The translations under genes and the position numbers were made by a program. The notes under the pieces were generated by a model. It was not told where the DNA came from, did no database searches, and worked only from the letters and a program-made list of their open reading frames with translations. A stretch of 63,793 bases of DNA, the filler included, from Octopus bimaculoides (lineage: Eukaryota): assembly GCF_001194135.2 (NCBI RefSeq). It is 5 parts of 5 records of this genome, joined end to end, with 100 filler letters (N's around TTAATTAATTAA, not from the genome) between each part and the next. Parts side by side here need not be neighbours in the genome. Positions count along the whole stretch, not along the records: positions 9,371 to 24,272 come from NC_068983.1; positions 24,373 to 42,156 come from NC_068990.1; 3 more parts are not named here. One strand, given 5' to 3'. Positions within the stretch are counted from its first letter, which is position 1; every line of letters starts with the position of its first letter. Positions 11,490 to 25,060 of this stretch are shown here, piece by piece.

Positions 11490-13010
11490 AACAAACATTT
11501 CAATGGACTTCGTTTGCAAAGCAACATTTCTCTTTTTGTCAGATTACTCGCTAGTTTTTATATCCCTTGACGAGTAGTGTTTTAGGAACTTTTGTGAATT
11601 GAACTTAACAACTGAGATACCTGCTACCTTGTTTGCAAGCAAACAGTTATTAATCTCATTGCGTCTCTGAAATGTTGAAGGTATGAAAAAATACGAAAAT
11701 AAGAACATGATAATATTTAAATTAAGAAGAAAAAGAAAAAAAAAACATGACATAAAACCGCTTTCTGTATTTTTATTGATAACAAAAGCTATTTCTTGTG
11801 AGTTAATGGCAACAGCAGAGACAAAAATCGAAGAATGTATGGCATGAAAACTAAATTTGGTATTTGCTAGAAACACGAAATTTATTACTTTGATAAATGC
11901 ATCGTTTTCCTGAGTTCTTTATTTGAGTAGTTCTTTAGTTCACTTTTGCTTTATTTATTTATTTATTTATTTATTTATTGAGTTAACAGCTAATTAATAC
12001 TATTTGAAATACGAGATAACATCCTTAAAATCCAACAGTTTGTACTGGAAAGTGATCCTTGCAAAGAAATTTCTTTTCCTGTGAGAATATAAAACTATTC
12101 TCCTGAAATACAATCAATCTTAATCTCTTTACTGTTTGAAAGACGTATTTAAATTTTTTTCTTTTTTGCTACCACTTTATTAAACTGATGTTATCCATGC
12201 TAGCTGCTAATTTCTCATAGGAACTAGAACATTTTTTTTTTACCCCAGCATGTAACGGCTCATCCATTAGCTGTAAAATACTCACACTGTCTTAATATTA
12301 TGCAAGGTAGGAGAATGGTGACAATACGATCTTCCTTCTCTGTGAATTCTTACAGTTTGCGTCATAAAATAAAATTGCTAATGGCTTCATGTGGTAAGAA
12401 CATTATATCTTTATACTTTTAAGGCTTTATCTATCGAACAAAATTCAGTTTAGTTGCTCCCATGTGAATTTCCTGATAGATTCTTTGGTTAATTTTCTTC
12501 GGAGTGTTCCTACAAGGTTAACGCATGTTTATATGCCACTTCCAATAACCACTTAAGTTACTCATTTCTTTAAGAGTCAATAAGAGGACTTGACCAGATA
12601 GAAATAACAGGCAATGTTTTTAAAAATTACAATTACCTTCAATCGTATAGCAAAAAGGAAGGACATATTGGATTATCTAGTCTGGGTAGAGTATCCCTAA
12701 AAATACAAACATTCTGGAAAATCTCGATTGGGATGTCTTTAATCATTCGATCCGTACTGAACTGGGTCTAAAAATTACAACGGTCTTCTCCGGTATATTC
12801 TCGTGTATTTAGACTAATTTCTTTAATCTTTATAGAATCGTAGAGATCTCTGGGGTTAGCACTCATCACGGTGTCTGTCATGGTGAGTAGATCAGAGATA
12901 AATTACTCCTGGATAGGAAGCTGCTCTAACATCGATAACTTTCCCGACTAGGTAAAGAAGAAACCGAGATCAGTCAACAATTTTCACAGTTCTGCCAGTT
13001 TTTCACAGTT
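11490..13010. other. Unassigned high-complexity island with coding-like frames (decayed hAT-like transposase on minus, or short host exons on plus)
   Basis: Minus frames INKNTESGFMS and NCLLANKVAGISVVKFNSQKFLKHY loosely resemble a hAT C-terminus. Plus strand has a phase-compatible AG/GT chain (12249-12393, 12480-12516, 12836-12882). Confidence 0.3.
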
Positions 13011-13019
13011 GTGAGTAAT

Positions 13020-13130
13020 ATCACCCTACGTGGTCACTTGAATTGCTAAATATAGCAACCAAATCTATCTTGACTCACACACAGACCTCCTAAAGTGGAA
13101 ACGATATATTGGATTTTGTAATCTTCGATG
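13020..13130 (+). repeat. Dispersed repeat fragment related to 20190-20300
   Basis: ccctacgtggtcacttgaattgctaaatatagc aligns with ccatacgtagtcgctgaacttgctagaaatagc. Confidence 0.55.
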
Positions 13131-13679
13131 AACAGCATCTGAAAAATAAGACGTGATTGTTAGGTGGGGAACATGAGCAGATCGATAAAATGTTGAATGT
13201 TTTGTGGATAGGATATTAATTATTTGATTGATTGCACGACTAAATGTCTGTGTCTTAGGTCTTCTCAATCAGGATTGACCGAAGGCCATTATCAGCATCA
13301 ACAAGAATAACAGCAGCAGCAACAGCTTTAACAATCTCAGCACCAACAACAAGAATAACAATATTAATCACAACAACAACAAAAACAATGCCCGACCTGC
13401 CACAAATAGCAATGAAATTTCGCTAAAATCACACTGTACTTTTGGAAAATTAAAGATATATTGGACATTGTAATCTCCGATATTCAAAATATTCAAAAAG
13501 ATGCGACGTTTACGGCATCTCCAATAATTAAAACGTTGGCACGGTCGTGGACAGGACAAACGCTCAAATCATTGACTGATTAATATACGAGCGATAATAT
13601 GTCTATTCAATCAGAGTTATACTTTGGTTTCTATTATAATTCCATTTACATCTAAAACAAATTACATTATAGAAGTATG

Positions 13680-13810
13680 GGACTGATTCCCTTGTCTCAA
13701 CCCCTGAAAGATACAACTTCAAGATATCTTTGCCGAATGTTGAACTCAGAACATATTGGGCCGTGATTCAATATTAACAAGTCATTTTGTGCGTCGCTTT
13801 ACGATTTTAT
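13680..13810 (-). mobile_element. Degenerate OR2-like SINE fragment
   Basis: cccctgaaagata...gaactcagaac matches 1105-1319. Confidence 0.5.
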
Positions 13811-14134
13811 CAATTTACTGCAACAATTAAGTGCAAGATGCGAATGACTCTAAAGAGTTAGTGTTTTGATCACAGCCTGATGCAGCACTGGGTCACAGGA
13901 GAAAAATAGTTCACTTTTCAGTTGATTGATAATCGATCACTTTGGTTCAGTTTGTACGCGATCTTAATCTATTGAGATATCCTAGCGTAACAGACAAGAT
14001 CATTAATAGTTGTAATATTGCCAAATCTTACATATGGATCGAACAGTTCGACCATGCATAATATATCACTGGATAGAATATGTATAGGGAGCACTTAACG
14101 TGAATAGATCTGCTGGAAGAGTCAATAATGCAGG

Positions 14135-14548
14135 CATGACTGCGCGCTTAAAAAGCTCGTCATACAACCACGTGATTTCAGGTTCTGTCACATTGTGCTG
14201 TGTATTGTCTTCAACGTCCCCCCCCCCTGCCATCCTAGACCGATCAATGCCTTGTCAGTGGATTTGGTAGGCGGAAACTGTGTGGAAGACTGCCGTATAT
14301 ATATATGCTTGTCTATATGCAGAAATGTGAGTGTGTCTTTGTGTTAGCTCCCACCTCCCGCTTGACAACCGGTGTCAGTTTGTTTACGTCCCTGTAACGT
14401 AGCGATTCGGTAAAAGAGACCAGTAGAATAATTACCGCACCTCAAGTACAAAATTTATATATTCAGGTCGATTTATTCTACTAAACCCTTCAATGTGGTG
14501 CCCCAGAATGGCCTCAGTTACATGACTGAAACAAGTAAAAGGAGATAA
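14135..14548 (+). mobile_element. Older, diverged OK-like SINE in tandem with a younger copy
   Basis: gtggatttggtaggcggaaactg...cgcttgacaaccgg...gactgaaacaagtaaaag. Confidence 0.8.
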
Positions 14549-14575
14549 AATATGACATATGTTCAGGAGCATATA

Positions 14576-15118
<543 letters not shown>

Positions 15119-15452
15119 AAAGAGATGGATCATCAAAGGAGACCTTGTGCATTCGTTCAACCTGTTAAAAATCGAAAACAAATCATATTGAGGTTGTTTA
15201 AAAGACAGAAAAAGCGGTTGCTTTTGATTAAGACTTTGTTCAGCTTGGGCTCATCTCAGCTTAAACTTCAACTAAAGACATTCTGTTCATAATTGGTTGA
15301 AAAACGAAATTTAGTCTACTATATATACTATCAATGCCGTTCTGCTTGAACATTGGAGCCATACACACACCTACACACGCATACACACATATACACATAT
15401 ATACACACCTACACACGCATGTAAATACATATGCACAGACCAATATGCACAT

Positions 15453-15831
15453 TGTTGTTGGCACTCCGTCGCTTACGACGTCGAGGGTTCCAGTTGATCC
15501 GATCGACGGAACAGCCTGCTCGTGAAATTAACGTACAAGTGGCTGAGCACTCCGCAGACACGTGTACCCGTAACGTAGTTCTCAGGTATATTCAGCGTGA
15601 CACAGAGGGACAAGGCTGGCCCTTTGAAATACAGGTACAACAGAAACAAGAAGAGAGAGTGAGAGAAAGTTGTGGTGAAAGAGTACAGCAGGGTTCGCCA
15701 CCATCCCCTGCCGGAGCCTCGTGGAACTTTAGGTGTTTTCGCTCCATAAACACTCACAACGCCCAGTCTGGAAATCGAAACCGCGATCCTATGACCGCGA
15801 GTGCGCTGCCCTAACCACTGGACCATTGCAC
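15453..15831 (-). mobile_element. tRNA-derived SINE (probably OR1-type), near full length
   Basis: A/B-box-like head, (CAA)n tail, and an 8-bp TSD ATGCACAT (15445-15452, 15832-15839). Matches 56112-56474. Confidence 0.92.
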
Positions 15832-17571
15832 ATGCACATACACTCATAAAAACTCACTCATACAAAAAGTTCAAAAGAAATTCGGAGTATATACATGCGT
15901 CCTTCAAGGCTGGCGACTAATTAAAAATAGAAGTTTGATAATCCTTAAGGTTTCATAGTGAAGGTGTCTGATAAGGGGACAAGAATTGTATTTTATTAAT
16001 ATGAAATTATAAAGAAGTGACCAGAGATATTGTGTAGATAATTTTAATATAATGAAACATTAATGACAATATGTAAGTTAAATACCTGTGAAAAGTATTA
16101 AATCACTTCAAACACTGTAGACAACTATTAACCAAACTGTGTAAAGCAACGTAGCTAAATTCTGTGTATATCAACAGAATGTGTATTAAGAAACTCATGG
16201 AAACAATGTATTCTTGAGGGAATGTATTTGAACAGTCATTAAAAGACTTGATGTGGAGAAAATAAATGTAGGACAAAAATGTTTCATGAGGGGAAAATCA
16301 TTAATATACCGCATTCTCGGCATCACACAATTCAAAATCTCAGACGAAGCTAAACAAATTGCATTATTTTTTAGTCTTACAATATTTTCAATAAAGCACG
16401 GCTGTAATCGAGTTATCCCCCCCCCAAAAAAAAGGAAAAAAGAAAGAAAAAACTCACAAAACATAAACAGACATGTCGTACCTGTTTTAATGCACATTAT
16501 TGGTGTGAATTAGAATTTATATTTTACAACGGACATATTTTATTATTTACAGTTTAGAGATAATAAAAATTAATATGAGTTAAAGTTATATATTCTGAAG
16601 AAAAAAACATTAAAAAAACAGAAAAAAATCGCAAAAGATGCTTATAAAAGATAACGACATATATATTAAATTTGTAAAATATGTTTTTCTCTCCAATTGC
16701 TATTTGATTTAAAATATTTGGTTTATATTATCACTATTCAAAACTGTATTTCAATTGTTTACTTTTTCGAAATACACTACTCAACAGTATATTTAGACAG
16801 CGATAATTTCTACAAGGTTTAAATTTAGAATAAAAGAAACAGTAGGTAAATGTGTTTGTAAATTTTATAAGATAAATATTTCATAAGATAAATGTTTCGA
16901 ATCGCGAGTGAAAACATCTATCTATATACAACAATGTAAACATACTCATTGTCATACGTTAAATATTCTGGTGCACCGCCAGCTTCTGTTAGAGTCTTAG
17001 ACGCATCGTAGTGACATACGGCATGTACTGGGCAGGTGAAAACGAGTGAAGCGATTCCTTTCCAAGTTTGAGCGAAGACATTTTCTTTCGTGGAAAAATA
17101 GAAGAATTGAGCTCTATAACCGGTAATGTAATTACTTGTTCGAAAAGGGATGAAAGGCCGAGGCTAAGACAGCAAGATTTAAACTCTGGTTGTGAAAATA
17201 TTGGAATGAATGCCGTTCGGCATTCTATCCGACGCTGAAACGACTCTCTCAAGAAGCCGACTTTGTACAGCATAATTAATACAATATATTTGATGTTATA
17301 TTTAATATATTAGATATTTAGTGTAAACATATTTATTGTAGACAGCATTAAAGAAAACTGACTGGAAATAAATATGCCATTATATTTCAATGAGTAGGCA
17401 GTTAGGTTGATCGAACAACTGGAATACTCATCATAAAAATTGACGCAATAAAGATGTGCGTAAATATGAAATGTAAGAAGCTTGGTAAAAGGAGTTGCGG
17501 AGATTCAAATAGTGTGAGTAATGGAAAGAAGTAACTAAAGAGTAAAAGAGATTAAGAAAGAGAGAGAAGAG

Positions 17572-17620
<49 letters not shown>

Positions 17621-19332
17621 GAGAGAGAGAGGAAGGAGAGGGAGAAGAGAGAAAGAGAAGAGAGGGAGAGAAAGAAGCGAGAGAGAAGTGTGAGAGAGTG
17701 AGATAGAAAGAGAATAAATTGCCTAGTGCAAATTTTCCTCTTCTTTTTGGGAGTCACAGCACAGGAATCCTACGAATTGTATCAACATTATTTCCAGTCT
17801 TAATTTTTTTATAGTCTCACAAACAACAAAACTGATTGCCAAATAATGTTTTTTCAAGATATGAGAAATAACGGACTTGATACAGACACGAAATAATAAC
17901 AATCATCAACTTGAATTAATCAATAAATTAATTTGTTGTCTAACCCGCCCATCCAGACATATTAAATGGGAAAAGAAACCTTTCGACGAAATGTCTTGTG
18001 TTTGTTAGTGTCTTTTCTTTTTTAATCTTTGTTATTCTTTATATTTCGTTATATATTTATATAATTGAATATATAAGGAAACCAAATTCAACTATGTTGC
18101 TATCGGGTATAAAATCCAAGAGAATTTTTAGCTTTGAATATGATAGGTTGCCATGAGCAAAACCTGACGTTTCTGACATAGACCCTTTGACCCTTTGACC
18201 CTTTGACAGATTGGTCAAGTAATGGCCGCCAGAAGTGAAAAAATGTGACGTGCTAAAAGATTGAGACAGGAAGTTCTCGAGGAGGTACTTGAAGTAAATG
18301 AGAGATATAGTGACAAAAAGTGGACCCTGTTAGTGGAAGGGCTGAGGTAGTCGTCATTGGAGTAAGAAATTCACATGAGGCTATTTGTATTATGGGGTGG
18401 AGCGAGATGTGGTTGTTGTGAGAGGTGATGTGAGGGATAGATGGAAGTCTACGAGAAGCCGACACACAGGCACACAATTACAAACAAGCAAGATCACAAA
18501 CCGAAGAAAAGCACTGTGGATCGGAAATAGAATGGAGTGAGACTTAGAAGAACTGGAGGTAAGTATTCATATTGCTGAGGTGAGATGTTACCAAGTAACA
18601 TGGTTTGTTTTTGTTCGCGCAGGTGGCGGCACGCATTTTGGCCATAGTGTTGGCCGATTCCGAAGATGGGTAGGTAGTGGAATAAATTGTTACAGTGTTG
18701 GTGAGGCGAGTAATGTTTTTCGAGATGCGAGGGACATCACTGCAGACATCGAATATGTATTTACGGAAGTAATAATTAGCTGGCAACGAATGTCACCTAT
18801 AATGCAAAAGTGTAATCGAACTGAACAGATATTTGGACAATGGAGTTCAAACAACATAAAATGTGTTGGAGATGAGAGGACAAGTATTGTATTGGTTACG
18901 TGAGTAATTGGAAGTTCTAGATTGGATGTGTTTGGGGATAAGAAAGCGCTCCTTTTAATCTGATATATTGTATTAACTGGTGTATCACCGTGGTGTGGCA
19001 CACAAGACATCTTGTATGTAATGAAATCTGGGAAGGATTTTGATTAATAAATGTGTATCCATCTTTGCTGTTCCTATATCGCTTGGCGATGAATCTGCGG
19101 TGGGTGGTGTTCACTCTTAGGAATTGAGTAGAAAACATTGCTGCCATGTACGTATATGTGTATGTATGCACTTATGTATGTAAAACGAGAATATTCATTC
19201 GCACACACTCACACAACACCACACACACACACACACACAAACACACATATATGAGGATATCACATGGATGGTTATGAATAATTGTGCTTATTAAATCGTT
19301 CCATTATTTCCGAAACAGGAAGAAAAAGAAGT

Positions 19333-19466
19333 GGAAGAAGAAGAAGAAGAAGAAGAAGAAGAAGAAGAAGAAGAAGAAGAAGACGAAGAAGAAGAAGAAG
19401 AAGAAGAAGAAGAAGGAGAAGAAGAAGAAGAAGAAGAAGAAGAAGAAGAAGAAGAAGAAGAAGAAG
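19333..19466. repeat. (GAA)n tract running into a gap, followed by (CT)n
   Basis: Direct reading of the sequence. Confidence 0.95.
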
Positions 19467-19602
19467 NNNNNNNNNNNNNNNNNNNNNNNNNNNNNNNNNN
19501 NNNNNNNNNNNNNNNNNNNNNNNNNNNNNNNNNNNNNNNNNNNNNNNNNNNNNNNNNNNNNNNNNNNNNNNNNNNNNNNNNNNNNNNNNNNNNNNNNNNN
19601 NN

Positions 19603-19666
<64 letters not shown>

Positions 19667-19689
19667 TCCTCTCAATGTTCACTTTCTAT

Positions 19690-19906
19690 GAACGGTGCAT
19701 AGTTAAGAAAGTAGTCCCGGAAAATAAACCAGGTATTGTTGTTACTGCTTTACACTGGGCCAACTCTGATTGCGTAGATTTAAGCCCAAAGGTGCATCGT
19801 GCGTTGCTTGAGACATAACTTGCAAAATGCTGGGCATAATTTGAAAGAAGTTTAACTGCTATTTTAAAAGAAAAAGTGGCGCGGCTTCAGCCACGAACAC
19901 CCTGTA
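19690..19906 (+). mobile_element. Possible 3' end of a Tc1/mariner-type element
   Basis: WANSDCVDLSP loosely resembles WPxxSPDLNP. The segment ends in caccctg-TA, a typical Tc1/mariner TIR end. Confidence 0.4.
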
Positions 19907-20189
19907 TGTTTTTAGTATAGAATATAGGAATGATTATTCAATGTATTCGCCTATTGGTTTTCTTTAAAGAAGTGAAGCTTTGATCTGAAGGCGATTTGGC
20001 TTCCATTTCTAATAATTTTACCGACCGCGTAGAGGTTTTTCATTCGTCCGTAGTGCTAGGTAGAGAGAATACCGAGTAAAAAAAAAAAGAGATTTAATTT
20101 TATAAATACTTGTTCTTATTAGGAACAAATGTTGCAAAACTTTGATGCCTTATAAATAATGCTACTTATTTCTCGAAACCAGTTACGGA

Positions 20190-20400
20190 TTGAACCCATA
20201 CGTAGTCGCTGAACTTGCTAGAAATAGCTGTCACAATTCATTCAATCCACTCTCAATCGTCTTAAAAGATGGTATATTGAATGATGTTGTCCAGGTCGAA
20301 GTACGTCTGAATAAAAACTAAAGTGAAATCGTTAGGGCTGAAATGCCTTACATCACGGATTACTCGAACAGAAATGACACAGGGTTATAAAGTAAATAAA
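20190..20400 (+). repeat. Dispersed repeat (SINE-like) related to 13020-13130
   Basis: Pairwise similarity seen by eye. Confidence 0.5.
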
Positions 20401-21874
20401 TTAAAACAATAACAACAACAAATGCGATATCTAAATTATAGTAGAGACATCTACAGGTTAAAGTAGCTCAGTTACTGTAGTTATGACAACAACTAGAGTC
20501 ATTAGAACCGATGCTACTCATACTGCGATGCTATGTGCACCACGACATATATTGGCACTAGGTGTAGTGTAGAATTTTGAAAATTTATAAGATGCAGAGT
20601 TACTAACAAAAGGAAAAAAAAACCTGTTATAATTTATTTGAGCAGACGTGGGAAGAGCGGTTACATCATTGCATAACATGAAGAAATTATCTTCAGGGTT
20701 ATTCAATAGGCTAGGAATAACAGCCGAATGTCCCTTGTCTCGTATCCTATAATCTTCAATCAGAACTCGTTGGTCGATGTAGTCTTAGATACAGAGCGAT
20801 GGGATTTTCGATGACTAGAACGTGTTTCTGTATAAGTCTGCTCGATAAAGACTGTGCACAACAACAATAATACCCAGAACAAGATAAAAAAATGACATGT
20901 AGAATAGCTGTCTGTTCGTCCACGTTTCTTTTCGACAATCTATGTTTTTTTTTTTTGCTGTTGTTGTTGCAGAGTCTCTGATCAGATTGAGCTGAGTAGA
21001 ACTATAATCAAGGATGACTCATCTGTGATCATCAGGTTTTTATTCACTCATTATCTATGGAAGATTACAATATATATTGCACTCCGTCCTTTCGAGACGG
21101 TAAAGCGGGACTTGAAGAAAGTATTTTCCAGAAAAATTGTGTTCTGTCATCTGTTTTACATGTTATATATTGTTGAGTCGTCTTAAGTTTCCAGGCATGT
21201 CTTGGCGGTTACTGAACAACCATATAATAGCTAACTAGAGTAGATTTTAGTGTAAATACTGATTGCTTTTGCTCCTTGTGACCTTTGGAAGGAAGGTACA
21301 CAGTTAGCTGAAGATTGAAGTTCTGGTTCTAATACTTTCAAATAGGTGGATTTCTTCTACTGGCACCCAGATACCAGACGGTTACCTTTATGATAAACTT
21401 GACGATTGATTAATTCTATCACGCAAAAGTCAGGCAGTCCCTCAATTCACTCATGAGCGTACAGTCTGATCGAATCAACAGCTACTCTGTTGCAAAGCAA
21501 ATATCTTAACCACACAGCCTTGCTTTTCACCACTACTTTACAACAATAAAAATACTTTGATAGCAAATAGAATACATTATTTCCAATTAAGACCTTTACG
21601 TCATTTCCAACCAGACAGTTGTTATCATTCGTTATTTCTTTACAGCTTGTCTGCTAAGAAATCAAACTAGTTCCTGTCTGTTGATATTTAGAAACATCAT
21701 ATGTTTTCTCGTGTTATCTTGGCAACATTCCCTCATTCCCTCTGTGTATCTCTTACGCATTTATGATGAAAATGAAACGTTATATCTTTCTTTCTCTCAT
21801 TTTTCTTCATACATAAGTACACATTTATGCACATTGACAAACACACGTAATACATTCAAATACACATGCACACA

Positions 21875-21907
<33 letters not shown>

Positions 21908-22709
21908 TCATGCATACTTACGTACATGTGTGTTAGTGTGTGTGTGTATGTGTAGATATGTGTGTATAACAACTTTTCTTTCGAATGCATAACGTTGAAA
22001 ACATGACACGTTCCAAATCAGTATTGTTTCTTCAAGATACGTTCTTAATTTCTCAAACAGCCTTCCTGAAAAGTTTGGCACGAAACGTTCCTAAGTTCGT
22101 TGATGTTTCTATATCTCGGTTTCATCTTCTGGATGAAGTAATGATGGTGATGCATTTATGGCAGCACTTTTATTGTAAGCAGCAAGGGATCATATGAATA
22201 ATGCTATAGCTCATGAAATCATTATCGCCGGATTTAAAATTAAATTAATCTAAGTTACTTAATTACCTTCGCAGCGTATTGCAAGTGAGCTGTATCGGGT
22301 GTCGAAATTTTTCCTTTAGAGTTTTGTTTTTAATAAAAACTCCAGACTTAAATCTTTATTTTTCTTTTGTTGAATTCTAGATAGAATGAGAGTGATACAA
22401 ACGAATTAAATTTTCTCTAGTATACTTTCTTTTTCAATACCATAATATCTTGTAATGCCTCCTTGTTGGAAATGCATAATCATTAGAGGAAAAATCGTCT
22501 GGTTGTGTCGCCGATGTTGTATTCTGAGCAATGAAGCATACAACTATCATATTTTTATTGAAATTTCTAGACTACATTGGTACGTTCAATGGCTTACTTC
22601 TATGTTGTTTGATGTTTTGGTAAAGGAGTTGATTCTCTTGAGATTGATTTTGTAAAATATTTTAATTGTTAATTTGTGATTAGCTAATATACATGTCCTC
22701 TTCTGTTTC

Positions 22710-22900
22710 AAGGTGGACGTAGCGTGACTGAATGATTAAGTCCGCTTCGAAATTACGAGATCCTAGTTTCGATCGCGCTGCATGACATCTTGGGTAAGTG
22801 CTCTTTTAGCATTGCCTCAATTTGAGCTAAGGTTCGTGAGGGGAAATTCCAGAGACGGAGACTGAACAGAAGTCCGTCGGGTAGCTTATACATGCAATAC
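22710..22900 (+). mobile_element. Diverged OK-related SINE head
   Basis: tagtttcgatcgcgctgcatgacatcttgggtaagtg...gacggagactgaacagaagtccgtcg parallels the OK-like 5' half. Confidence 0.55.
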
Positions 22901-23005
22901 AAGAGAGCAGCCCTGTCGTGCGCTGTTTCAGGCTGATTCTTCAGGAAATGCTGAAGATTAACCCAAGTACACAAAGATACATGCATGCATACATACATAC
23001 ATACA

Positions 23006-23036
<31 letters not shown>

Positions 23037-23382
23037 CCAAGCCACCACTGGAACTACAAACCTGTAAAACTTTTCAGAAATTTATCATTTAAGTGTATAT
23101 GAATATGTCTTGATATGCAAGTATCTGCATGGGAAGACAGACATCAAACAGAACATACACATCTGCACGTATACATACATACATACATACATACATACAT
23201 ACAAACATACATACATACAAACATACATACATAATACATACAAAAATACCCCGTTGTTGATGATGAAAGTGCAATGAAGGCACCCTGGATATATATTACT
23301 GGATTTACTTCAGGAATTCCTTGGTGTCACTAGAGCTCATATAAACCATGTGAGAGATATAAAATGAAATTCACGAGACTCT

Positions 23383-23805
23383 TTATTCAGAACGACTACG
23401 ATCGTTTCGACCTAACATGTACCGATATCTTTTAGGTGAAACGCATTGTGAGTTTAAATGCATCTCCTGAGGTGACTTTACAAAAAGTACCTCGTTTTTA
23501 GTTGCCTTTTCGCTTATTTTATAACAATAGATTTGTATACATTATTTCGTTGCTTGTATGCGAAGCTTTCTTTCATTATATCTTAAATCAACACGGGTAC
23601 TGATAGCATGCTACACTAACGAAAATGTATTATGTATTGATATAGAAATAAGCGAAACAGCAACTAGAGAACGGGGTACTTTTTGTAAAGTCACCTGAGG
23701 AGACGCATATGCACGTATAATACAGGACAATTGATTGTACAGCATCTAATCTGTAAGGTGGCTGTACATGATGTATCGAAATGATTGTAGTGGTTCTGAA
23801 TAACG
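23383..23805. mobile_element. Inverted-repeat element (arms ~23383-23520 and ~23646-23805) with decayed hammerhead 3' halves
   Basis: ggtgactttacaaaaagtacc / ggtactttttgtaaagtcacc, and ttattcagaacgactacgatcgtttcga / tcgaaatgattgtagtggttctgaataa. Confidence 0.8.
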
Positions 23806-23821
23806 AACCACTATATATATA

Positions 23822-23857
<36 letters not shown>

Positions 23858-24379
23858 CAAAGAGAGAGAGAGAGTGACAGAGAGAAAGAGACAGAGAGAG
23901 ACACACACATATATGTATGCATATATATGTATATATATACATAGACATATATATTAATATACATATATATACATATATGTATATATATATAATAATATTA
24001 TTAGGGACAAAATCCAAAATTACAGGTAAAAAACTCAATTAAAATCAATTTATAAAAAATTAAAATTAAATTGAGCCTTATAGATAAAGTATATATAATA
24101 TATATATAGTTTTAGGGAAAATAACCAATTTTCAAGAACTCATCGTTGAAAATCCACTATCACATATAGAAAAATTAATAATTAAAAGCACAATAAATGA
24201 GTATAATATAAAGTAAAGTAAATATCATAAGATAAATATAATAAACACGTGTTTCATAACCAATTTTCAAATNNNNNNNNNNNNNNNNNNNNNNNNNNNN
24301 NNNNNNNNNNNNNNNNTTAATTAATTAANNNNNNNNNNNNNNNNNNNNNNNNNNNNNNNNNNNNNNNNNNNNATATATA

Positions 24380-25060
24380 TACTATCATCGCCCGGTCTGT
24401 ATTGTACTTAAGTCTCTTCATAAGGCATCTATCGTATTGCCTAGGAGTCAGATTGTAGTTAAAGACTGCCGTTCGCCACTTTTCACGAGAAAAGTTCTAA
24501 ATTCTAACCTGGCTTGTGGCTGCTCTGATGTTTCCTGTTCTATGGAACGGGCATTTCTGGTTGCGTTACTTTGAATTTATACTATTAACACCTGGTCTCT
24601 TGAGCGTGGCATTTCGATCAGCTTGAGATTCCAGCCTCCGTCGTTCCTGCTTTACTGTCACGTGCTTCCACAGGCAGGCTTGCCTATCGGCTTGATACTC
24701 AAATCTCTGACGTTTCTGCTCAGGTGTCTTTCGTCCCCTCTAGTGGGCGTGCCTGGTTGCTCTTGCATCTCCAAATTTCGTTGTCTCTGAAATTAGAGCC
24801 CATCCTGCCTTTTCTCTTGTGTTTCCTTAGCCCTTCGACTTCTGGAGTGTCGGGTTTCAGATGAGTATTCTGTTTGAGTATTCTGTTGTCTTCTACGCAT
24901 CATATCGAATGTTCTAAAGTTAAATATCTAAAAAATAAAAAATAAATCCCGTAATTCATTTTTGTTGCTTCTAAATTCAATCATGTGGCTTTATTTCATT
25001 TTACTACCAAGCTTCATAAAAATCAGTCCAGTGTAACAACTATTCCTTTTATATATATCA
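24380..25060 (-). mobile_element. Helitron 5' fragment (N-terminal charged repeats)
   Basis: Minus frames RSRRAKETQEKRQ, PEQKRQRFEYQADRQA...RRRLESQADRNA and WRTAVFNYN (WxxxAFxYD-like). The 3' part is lost at a gap. Confidence 0.6.

Noticed and set aside
12250-12570. Apparent integrase-like H..GxxK / KY..I..P.EAI frame on minus
   Set aside because: On recounting it is not continuous with the upstream frame, and it has about 6 stops in ~107 codons, close to random.
22058-22095. cctgaaaagtttggcacgaaacgttcc hammerhead look-alike (also 22925-22947 minus)
   Set aside because: G8 is missing or helix II is only 1-2 bp, and there is no helix I pairing.
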